A stretch of DNA of 64,000 nt from an uncultured Acidimicrobiales bacterium. GTDB taxonomy: Bacteria > Actinomycetota > Acidimicrobiia > Acidimicrobiales > RAAP-2. The DNA lies in assembly GCA_963710495.1 (NCBI GenBank), contig CAVQAI010000012.1, forward strand, positions 551,398 through 615,397, read 5' to 3'. Made by a program: the position numbers and the translations under genes. This document shows, piece by piece, positions 28,689 through 35,852 of this stretch. Positions within the stretch are counted from its first letter, which is position 1; each line of letters begins with the position of its first letter. Under the pieces are notes generated by a model. It was not told where the DNA came from. It ran no database searches and saw nothing but the letters and a program-made list of their open reading frames with translations.

Positions 28689-29379
28689 GCCCGCCGCGCT
28701 CGCACCCAGTCAGGCGGGCGGGCCGGAGTTCGCCACCGACGAGGTGCTGCCCCTCCCCCTGGCCGACGCGGCCGCGCTGATCGGCGAGTACCGCTGGATC
28801 GAGGACGCGCTCTACCGGTTGCTCGGCCAGTGGGTGGTCGACATGCCGCTCGCCGCCGTGCAGGTCCACCTCGACGGCCAGAGCATGCGCCATGCCTGGC
28901 ACGCCGAGCTGTGGGGAGACCGACTGCCCGTCCGCGACGGCGTCGACCCGGATGCCCTCACGGTGCCCTCCACGCCGAGTGCCGTGCTGGTGAGCGCCCT
29001 GTCCGGTTCGGGCCCGGTCGACGGGATGGGCCCCACCCGACCCTGGAGCCCGGACCATCCCTCCGGTCACCCCGGCGCCCTGCCGCAGCTGGCCGGGCTC
29101 TACCGGGTGGCGCTGCCCCGGTTGGTCATCAGCTACGAGCGTCATCTCCGAGCGATCGCGCCGGTGACCGACGCCCCGGTGGGCCGGGCCTTGCGCCTCG
29201 TGCTCAACGACGAGATCGATGACTGGAAGGCCGGCGAGCACATGGTCCAGCGCCTGGTCACCCGACCACACGACGTGGTGGCCGTGCACGAGTTCCTCCA
29301 GTATCTCGAATCAGCCGTGGTCGGGGCCGGGGCCGTGTCGGGTCTGGTGACGTTCCCGGCCTCGGTTTCCGGGGATTGA
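28681..29379 (+). CDS. hypothetical protein, apparently translationally coupled to nadE
   Basis: TTG at 28681 is preceded by GGGGAGG plus 9 nt and overlaps the nadE stop (TTGTCTGA). The frame continues through listed ORF 28468..29379. No family recognised. An alternative GTG lies at 28744. Confidence 0.55.
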   Translation: MSEPAALAPSQAGGPEFATDEVLPLPLADAAALIGEYRWIEDALYRLLGQWVVDMPLAAVQVHLDGQSMRHAWHAELWGDRLPVRDGVDPDALTVPSTPSAVLVSALSGSGPVDGMGPTRPWSPDHPSGHPGALPQLAGLYRVALPRLVISYERHLRAIAPVTDAPVGRALRLVLNDEIDDWKAGEHMVQRLVTRPHDVVAVHEFLQYLESAVVGAGAVSGLVTFPASVSGD

Positions 29380-29526
29380 CGGGCCCGGGAAAGGCCGGGA
29401 ACAGGCGCGTTCTCACTGTGTGCGCTCGGAGGGGTTGACGGGTCCGGTAAACTTCGTGCAGCAGCAATCGTTGCGCCCGAACACGCCACGCCTGGTCTAG
29501 CGACCCCGAAGGGTGCGCTGGGAAGG

Positions 29527-30510
29527 TTGGCCGCCCCCACCGTCGTGGGGAAAACGAAGGACCCGGTGAAGTTGGCAAAGGAGCGCCTCGAACGAGACGA
29601 CGAGGACCTGGTCCGGTTGTACCTGACCGACATCGGTCAGTACCCATTGCTCACCAAAGATGACGAGGTCCGGTTGGCTCAGGCCATCGAGGCCGGGCGG
29701 GAGTCGGATGCCCAGCTGGCCGTGGCGCCGAAGGGCCTGACCCCGGCCAAGCGGCGGGAGCTGCGGCGAACCATCCTCCAGGGTGAGGGGGCCCAGCAGA
29801 CCTTCGTCCAGTCGAACCTGCGGCTGGTCGTGTCCATCGCCAAGAAGTACCAGGCTTCGGGCCTGCCCCTTCTCGACCTCATCCAGGAAGGGAACCTCGG
29901 GCTGATGCACGCCGTCGAGAAGTTCGACTGGCGCAAGGGCTTCAAGTTCTCGACGTACGCCACCTGGTGGATCCGCCAGGCCATCACGCGTGGCATCGCC
30001 AACACCGGGCGGACCATCCGCCTGCCGGTGCACGCCGGGGACACGCTGGCCCGGGTGCAGAAGGCCCAGGCCCGCCTCGAGCTCAAGTACGGCCGCCCGG
30101 CCACCCTGGCCGAGCTCGGCGCCGAGGTGGAGATGCCCGAGGACAAGTTGGTCGAGGCGTTGCGCTTCCGGGCCGAGCCGCTCTCGCTGTCGGAGCCCTT
30201 GCGGGAGGACGGCGACGCCGAGCTGGGCGACGTGGTCGAGGACCGGTCCGCTGAGTCGCCGTTCGAGGTGGCCGCCGTGTCCCTGCTCCCCGAGGAGATC
30301 GGCCGCCTGCTCTCGCCCCTCGACGAGCGGGAGCGGGAGATCCTGCGTCTGCGCTTCGGGCTCGACCGGGGTGAGCCCCGCACGCTGGAAGAGGTGGGTG
30401 AGCACTTCAACCTCACCCGGGAGCGCATCCGTCAGATCGAGGCCCGGGCCATGTCCAAGCTCCGGCATCCCTCATCCGACACCGGCGCCCGGGACCTCCT
30501 CACCGTCTAG
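29527..30510 (+). CDS. RNA polymerase sigma-70 factor, group 1/2 type (principal-like, no long region 1.1)
   Basis: LVRLYLTDIGQYPLLT (1.2), NLRLVVSIAKKY...DLIQEGNLGLMHAVEKFD...FSTYATWWIRQAITR (region 2), and a region 4 HTH TLEEVGEHFNLTRERIRQIE. Confidence 0.9.
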   Translation: MAAPTVVGKTKDPVKLAKERLERDDEDLVRLYLTDIGQYPLLTKDDEVRLAQAIEAGRESDAQLAVAPKGLTPAKRRELRRTILQGEGAQQTFVQSNLRLVVSIAKKYQASGLPLLDLIQEGNLGLMHAVEKFDWRKGFKFSTYATWWIRQAITRGIANTGRTIRLPVHAGDTLARVQKAQARLELKYGRPATLAELGAEVEMPEDKLVEALRFRAEPLSLSEPLREDGDAELGDVVEDRSAESPFEVAAVSLLPEEIGRLLSPLDEREREILRLRFGLDRGEPRTLEEVGEHFNLTRERIRQIEARAMSKLRHPSSDTGARDLLTV

Positions 30511-30581
30511 CCCGGCGGCGGTCGGCCCACCGTCCAGCTCCGTCGGACACGTCCCCGGCCGAACGGATAACATGACCGGTC

Positions 30582-30656
30582 ATGAAGAAGCTTCTGATCC
30601 TTGCCATCATCGTGGCTCTCGGAGTTGTGGCCGCCAAGCGGCTCCGGCCTTCCTGA
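30582..30656 (+). CDS. candidate 24-aa single-pass membrane peptide
   Basis: atgaagaagctt... encodes MKKLLILAIIVALGVVAAKRLRPS. It lies between the sigma gene and a strong hairpin. The RBS is weak, and the ORF is too short for the ORF track. Confidence 0.3.
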   Translation: MKKLLILAIIVALGVVAAKRLRPS

Positions 30657-30682
30657 GCAACCCGACGTCGTAACCGCGGAGC

Positions 30683-30706
30683 GCTGACCGTCTTCGGGCG
30701 GTCAGC
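30683..30706. terminator. 10-bp stem / UUCG-loop hairpin between convergent genes
   Basis: gctgaccgtc-ttcg-ggcggtcagc. Located between the + strand sigma/small-ORF unit and the stop of the - strand HAD gene (30762). No U-tract follows. Confidence 0.5.
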
Positions 30707-30761
30707 CTCGCGCGTCAGGGCCCGATTCGCACCGGACCGGGTCGCTCCCGGACGGGTGCGC

Positions 30762-31550
30762 TCAGCGCTGGGGCCGGCGGGCCAGGCGCCAGGCCACCAG
30801 GGCCCCCACCGAAGCGGCGGCGGTCAGGCCGGCGGCGGTGGCGGTGACCGGCAGATTGGGGACGCTCACCCGGTCCCGCAGGCGGACCGGTTTGGAGAAC
30901 TGCATCATGTCCCATTCGCGCTCGCGCACCACCTTGGCCAGCACCCGGTCCGGGTTGATGGCCACCGGGTGCCCCACCGCCTCGAGCATAGGCAGGTCGG
31001 TGTAGGAGTCGGAGTAGGCGGACGACTGTTCGAGGTCGATCCCCAGCCGGTCGGCCAGTTCCACCATGGCCTCGGCCTTGAAGGCGCCGTAGGCGTAGAA
31101 CTCCATCTCGCCGGTGTAGCGACCGTCCTCGTCGACGACCGCCCGGCTGGCGATGGCACCGTCGACTCCGAGGTGCTCGGCCAGCGGCTGCACGATCTCC
31201 TCGGGGGCGGCCGACACGAGGAACACCTTGTGGCCGGCGGCCCGGTGCGCCTCGATGAGGTCGAGGGCCTCGGCGTAGATGATGGGCTCGACGATCTCCT
31301 CCAGTGCTTCGCGCACGATCTCCCGGATCTGCTCGCGGTCCCAGCCCTTGGTCAGCAACAGCATCGACTCACGCACCCGGGCGAGCTTCTGCTCGCTCGC
31401 CCCGAGGTGGAGGTAGATGATCTGGGAGACCAGGGCCCTGGCCACCAGTCGCCGGTTGATCAGCCCGCCACGGTAGAAGGGTCGCCCGAAGGCGGCGATG
31501 GATGCCTTGGCGATGACGGTCTTGTCCAGGTCGAAGAAGGCCGCCCGCAT
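30762..31550 (-). CDS. HAD-IB family hydrolase (SerB-like) with hydrophobic C-terminal tail
   Basis: MRAAFFDLDKTVI (motif I), FLVSAAPEEIV, and SDSYTDLPMLEAVGHPVAINPD. Confidence 0.85.
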   Translation of the reverse strand: MRAAFFDLDKTVIAKASIAAFGRPFYRGGLINRRLVARALVSQIIYLHLGASEQKLARVRESMLLLTKGWDREQIREIVREALEEIVEPIIYAEALDLIEAHRAAGHKVFLVSAAPEEIVQPLAEHLGVDGAIASRAVVDEDGRYTGEMEFYAYGAFKAEAMVELADRLGIDLEQSSAYSDSYTDLPMLEAVGHPVAINPDRVLAKVVREREWDMMQFSKPVRLRDRVSVPNLPVTATAAGLTAAASVGALVAWRLARRPQR

Positions 31551-31568
31551 GCTCAGCCCGCCGCCATG

Positions 31569-32231
31569 TCAGTGCCCGACCAACAGCTGCTGCACCAGGT
31601 CCTCGGCCTCCGAGGTGACGAGGACCAGGACCTCGTCACCAACGGCCAGCCGGGTGTCGCCCCGCGGCACGATCAGTCGGTCGTCGCGGACCACGGCCAC
31701 CACCGTCGCCTCCCGCGGCACGCCCAGGTCGGCCAAGGAGACCCCGCTCGCCGGGGAGTCCTCGGCCAGGGTGACCTCGACCAGGTGGGCGTTGCCCCCC
31801 TCGAAGCGGAGCAGTCGGACCAGGCTGCCGACCGACACCGCCTCTTCGACCAGGGCGGTGAGGAGTTGAGGGGTCGACACCGAGACGTCCACGCCCCAGC
31901 TCTCGGTGAAGAGCCACTGGTTCTTCGGGTGGTTGACCCGGGCCACCACACGAGGCACGGCGAACTCCTGCTTGGCGAGCAGGGACACGACCAGGTTGTC
32001 CTCGTCGTCGCCGGTGGCCGCCACCACGACGTCGACCGTGGCGAGCCCGGCCGAGTCGAGCGAGGCCACCTCGCAGGCGTCCGCCACCACCCAGGTGATG
32101 TCGAGCTCACCGCAGACGCGGGCCACCACGTCGGGGTCCTGTTCGATGACCAGGACCTCGTGGCCGCCGTGGTGGAGGTCCGAAGCGATGGCGGTCCCCA
32201 CGCTGCCGGCCCCGGCGATGGCCACCTTCAT
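31569..32231 (-). CDS. trkA: TrkA-family K+ transport regulatory protein (RCK N + C)
   Basis: ORF 31569..32489 trimmed to the ATG at 32231 (MKVAIAGAGSVGTAIASDL). ATGA start/stop overlap with the upstream paralog. Confidence 0.88.
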   Translation of the reverse strand: MKVAIAGAGSVGTAIASDLHHGGHEVLVIEQDPDVVARVCGELDITWVVADACEVASLDSAGLATVDVVVAATGDDEDNLVVSLLAKQEFAVPRVVARVNHPKNQWLFTESWGVDVSVSTPQLLTALVEEAVSVGSLVRLLRFEGGNAHLVEVTLAEDSPASGVSLADLGVPREATVVAVVRDDRLIVPRGDTRLAVGDEVLVLVTSEAEDLVQQLLVGH

Positions 32232-32953
32232 GTCCGCCCACCGGTCCCGGCCCGTTGGGCTCCGGGGTCGCCGCCCGGCGCGCCCGTCTGCCCGGCGCTG
32301 CCGTCGGCGCTCCCGGTCAGACGGGCGTTGAAGCGGTCCAAGGCCCCGGCAGTCACCATCAGGTGCACGATGTCGCCCTCCTGGCCCACCAGTTGCTCGA
32401 AGTCGAGCCGGGGTACACCGGCCCGGGTGAGGGCGACCACCCGCACCTGACCGGGAGTGTTCAGGTCGGCCAGCCGCTTCCCCGCCCATCGCTCGGGGAG
32501 CTCACGCTCGACCAGGGAGAGCGTCCCGGTCGGGTCGCACCAGTCGGGCTCCACTTCACCGGTGAGCCGTCGCCGCACCTGGTCGATGGTCCATGACACC
32601 GTGGCCACCGTCGGTATCCCCAGGCGCTGGTAGATCTGGGCCCGTCGAGGGTCGTAGATGCGGGCCACGACGTTGGGGATCTGGTAGGTCTCCCGGGCGA
32701 TGCGGGCCGTCAGGATGTTCGAGTTGTCGCCGCTGGTGACCGCGGCCAGCGCGGTCGCCTCCCCGGCTCCCGCGCGGTCCAGGTCGTCGCGGTCGAATCC
32801 CGACCCGACCACCGTGGTCCCGGGCCAATCGACCGGGAGTCGGCGGAACGCCTTGGCGTTGCGGTCGATGATGGCAACGGTGTGGCCCTGGTCGGCCAGG
32901 CCGATTCCGAGGCCGGAGCCGACCCGGCCGCAGCCCACGATGACGACATGCAC
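32228..32953 (-). CDS. trkA: TrkA-family K+ transport regulatory protein (second paralog)
   Basis: VHVVIVGCGRVGSGLG Rossmann motif. GTG 32953 was chosen over GTGs at 32986 and 32968, so the start is uncertain by up to 33 nt. Confidence 0.85.
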   Translation of the reverse strand: MHVVIVGCGRVGSGLGIGLADQGHTVAIIDRNAKAFRRLPVDWPGTTVVGSGFDRDDLDRAGAGEATALAAVTSGDNSNILTARIARETYQIPNVVARIYDPRRAQIYQRLGIPTVATVSWTIDQVRRRLTGEVEPDWCDPTGTLSLVERELPERWAGKRLADLNTPGQVRVVALTRAGVPRLDFEQLVGQEGDIVHLMVTAGALDRFNARLTGSADGSAGQTGAPGGDPGAQRAGTGGRT

Positions 32954-32993
32954 CCGACCATGCAACACGCATCGCCACCGGATCACAACTCAC

Positions 32994-33029
32994 CTCCAGC
33001 CCCAGCTCCAGCCCCAGCTCCAGCCCAGG
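32994..33029. repeat. 3 copies of a 12-bp tandem repeat in the trkA / APC-permease divergent intergenic region
   Basis: ctccagccccag, ctccagccccag, ctccagcccagg. Confidence 0.85.
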
Positions 33030-33211
33030 CCCTCGGGCCGCCGGCCACCGGCGAGGGCCGGCCACCTGGGGCCGGGCGTGCCAAAGGCCCAGCCCGGTGC
33101 CCATGGTTTACTGAAGGGGTGGACCCATCGGTAGCCGGCGGCGTCGACCCGGCTGAGCCGACCGTGGCGCCGGGGGTGACCAACGACCCGATCCGGGCGG
33201 TCGGGTCCCCC

Positions 33212-35590
33212 ATGCGGCCGTCGGCCACGCCGGCCGGGAGGGTCGACCTCCCCGAGACCCTGCGCTACCGGCTCAAGAACGCATTGCTCGGACCGCCTAT
33301 CGCCTCGGATCGCCAGGCGACCGAGCGCCTGGGCAAGCCCACCGCCCTCGCCGTGCTGTCCTCCGATGTGATCTCCTCGTCGGCGTACGCCACCGAGCAG
33401 ATGCTGATCCCCTTGGTGGCCGCGGTAGGGCTGGCCGCCTTCTCGCTGGTCGTCCCGGTCAGCATCGCGGTCATCTTCGTCCTGCTGTTCGTCACCCTGT
33501 CCTACCTCGAAGTCGTGAAGGTGTACACCAAGGCGGGCGGTGCCTACGTCGTGGCCCGGGAGAACTTCGGGCTCACGGTGGCCCAGGTGGCGGCCATGTC
33601 GCTGCTCATCGACTACACGCTGACCGTCGCCGTGTCGGTCGCCGCAGGAGTGGCCGCGGTCACCTCGGTCTTTCCGGGGCTCACCCCCGAAACCACCTGG
33701 ATCGCCATCGTCTTCGTGCTGGTCATCGCCTATGGCAACCTGCGCGGCATCCGAGAGGCCGGACGGACGTTCGCCATCCCCACCTACTTCTTCATCGCCA
33801 ACATGGTCGTCCTCCTGGCGGTCGGGGCCTACAAGGCCGTCACCGGGTCGCTGCACGCCCAGTCGATCTACGGACATCCGGGGGCCCAGCACATCGGGAC
33901 CGGGGGGAGCGGCGTCCTCTACGGCGCCGGGATCTTCGTCGTCCTCCGGGCCTTCGCCTCGGGCGGGTCGGCCCTCACCGGCACGGAGGCCATCTCCAAC
34001 GGGGTGAGCGTCTTCCGGCGGCCCGAGTCACGCAACGCCCGCATCACGATGGTCATGATGGCGCTCATCCTGGGCTCGCTGGTGCTCGGCGTCTCCTCGC
34101 TGGCCGCAGTCACCCACCCTGTGCCCTACCTGTCGGGGACACCGACGGTCATCTCCCAGATCGCCAAGGACGTCTACGGCGCCCACGGTCTGGGCAATTT
34201 CCTCTACGTCCTGCTCCAGGTTGGCACGACGCTCATCCTCATCCTCGCCGCCAACACGAGCTTCACCGGCTTCCCCTTCCTGGCCAGCTTCGCCGCCGAG
34301 GACTCCTACCTCCCCCGCCAGTTGACCAAGCGAGGCCACCGGCTGGTCTTCTCCACCGGGATCATCGTCCTCACTGTGGCGTCGGTGGTGCTCCTCGCCG
34401 TCACCGGGGCCAAGGTCGACAAGCTCATCCCGCTCTACGCCATCGGCGTGTTCACCGGCTTCACCATGGCCGGCGCGGGCATGGCCAAGTACCACTTGAG
34501 CCACCGGGAGGACCACTGGCGCCGGCGCCTGGCCATCAATGGAACCGCCTCGGTCCTGTCTGCCATCGTCCTGGTGATCATCGCCGTGGCCAAATTCACC
34601 GAGGGCGCCTGGGTCATCCTGGTGATCCTTCCCGTCGGCGTGGCCGTTCTCCTCGGGCTGCACCACCAGTACGTCGACGAGGAACGCCAGCTGGAGGAGG
34701 GGGCGGCCGAGGCGGCCGAAGCACCCGTCCTCAACCGCCACGTTGTCGTGGTCCTGGTCGACCGGTTGGACATGGCCACCGCCCGGGCCCTCCAGTACGC
34801 CCGGACCCTTCATCCCGACGAGCTCCGGGCCGTGCACTTCACGCTCGACAGCCGGGTGGCAGCCGAGCTCGAGTCCGAGTGGAGTCGTCTCGGTCTCGCC
34901 CGCCTCCCCCTCGACGTCGAGGAGTGCGAGGACCGCCGCCTCACCCGTGCCACTCTCGAGCTGGCGGCCGAAACGGTCGCCGACGGTCAGACAGAACTCA
35001 CCATCCTGTTGCCCCGCCGCGGCTTCGCCGCCGGGTGGCACCGGGTGCTCCACGACGCCACGGCCGACCAGATTGCCGCCGTTGTGGCCCAGCTGCCCCA
35101 CGTCAACGCCACTGTGGTTCCCTACCAGCTGACCGGGGGGTGGTTGAACAAGCGCCGGTGGCTGCGCCATTCCGACACTGGTGCGTCGACCGGGTCCCGG
35201 GGCGGTCGTGTGTCGGCCCGGTCAGCCGCCCGGGCTGGCGAGCGGGAGGTGGCGAGGGCCGCCTTCGATCGGGCCGCCTTCGGCGACCGGGTCGAGGGCA
35301 CCATCCCGATCAGCGAGGTCGAGTGGCGCCACCGGGTCCGAGTGGCCGGGCGGGTCAAGTCGGTGCGGGTCCAACCCCGTGCCGGTACGTCCAACCTGGA
35401 GTGCGTCCTCACCGACGACACGGGTCGGCTCCTCCTCGTCTTCCAGGGGCGGCGCCGCATCCCGGGGATCCAGCCCGGGGCGCGTCTGGTGGTCGAGGGG
35501 ATGGTCGGGGACTGGGCCCGGCGCCAGGCCATCCTCAACCCCGACTACGAGCTGATCGCCGGTCCCGAGGCCCAGCTGGAGCCCACATGA
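33212..35590 (+). CDS. APC-family permease with cytoplasmic C-terminal domain, fused to a C-terminal OB-fold domain
   Basis: ORF 32882..35590 trimmed to the ATG at 33212. LSSDVISSSAYATEQM and about 12 TM segments. The C-terminal 110 aa, WRHRVRVAGRVKSVRVQPRAGTSNLECVLTDDTGRLLLVFQGRRRIPGIQPGARLVVEGMV, are OB-fold-like. It is a single uninterrupted frame. Confidence 0.85.
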   Translation: MRPSATPAGRVDLPETLRYRLKNALLGPPIASDRQATERLGKPTALAVLSSDVISSSAYATEQMLIPLVAAVGLAAFSLVVPVSIAVIFVLLFVTLSYLEVVKVYTKAGGAYVVARENFGLTVAQVAAMSLLIDYTLTVAVSVAAGVAAVTSVFPGLTPETTWIAIVFVLVIAYGNLRGIREAGRTFAIPTYFFIANMVVLLAVGAYKAVTGSLHAQSIYGHPGAQHIGTGGSGVLYGAGIFVVLRAFASGGSALTGTEAISNGVSVFRRPESRNARITMVMMALILGSLVLGVSSLAAVTHPVPYLSGTPTVISQIAKDVYGAHGLGNFLYVLLQVGTTLILILAANTSFTGFPFLASFAAEDSYLPRQLTKRGHRLVFSTGIIVLTVASVVLLAVTGAKVDKLIPLYAIGVFTGFTMAGAGMAKYHLSHREDHWRRRLAINGTASVLSAIVLVIIAVAKFTEGAWVILVILPVGVAVLLGLHHQYVDEERQLEEGAAEAAEAPVLNRHVVVVLVDRLDMATARALQYARTLHPDELRAVHFTLDSRVAAELESEWSRLGLARLPLDVEECEDRRLTRATLELAAETVADGQTELTILLPRRGFAAGWHRVLHDATADQIAAVVAQLPHVNATVVPYQLTGGWLNKRRWLRHSDTGASTGSRGGRVSARSAARAGEREVARAAFDRAAFGDRVEGTIPISEVEWRHRVRVAGRVKSVRVQPRAGTSNLECVLTDDTGRLLLVFQGRRRIPGIQPGARLVVEGMVGDWARRQAILNPDYELIAGPEAQLEPT

Positions 35591-35646
35591 CCCCGGGCCG
35601 AGCCGTCCGGTGGCACCCCTCGGGCGCCCGGGCGGGTGGCCCTACC

Positions 35647-35676
35647 TTGCCTGTGCCTCCCTTTTGTCAGTATCTT
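35647..35676 (+). promoter_or_regulatory. candidate sigma-70-type promoter for hppA
   Basis: TTGCCT, 18 nt, TATCTT in a locally A/T-richer patch. It would give a leader of about 170 nt. Confidence 0.3.
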
Positions 35677-35852
35677 CTGGCCCCGTTGCCGGATTCGGCG
35701 CTCTGGAACGGCGCGCCTCGGCCCAGGCCTACACGGCTGCTGCTCGCAGGGGGACGAAGTATCTGGCCGTGAGTGATCGCGGGGACGGGCAGGCCCGAAG
35801 CAGAGCACGCGGCCGATCGAACTGACGAAGTGAACCGAAGGGAGCCCCACCG

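Noticed and set aside
29435-29470. Sigma-70-like promoter (TTGACG) upstream of the group-2 sigma gene
   Set aside because: No acceptable -10 hexamer lies at a 16-19 nt spacing. TAAACT is only 7 nt away and AGCAAT is 22 nt away.
35740-35852. c-di-AMP (ydaO-type) riboswitch upstream of hppA
   Set aside because: Two GGGGAC boxes and a CCGAAGG element are suggestive. However, I could not reproduce the pseudo-two-fold ydaO architecture or its conserved AAUC/ACGGGG/CCCGA blocks by eye. It is kept only as a generic structured-leader hypothesis pending cmsearch.
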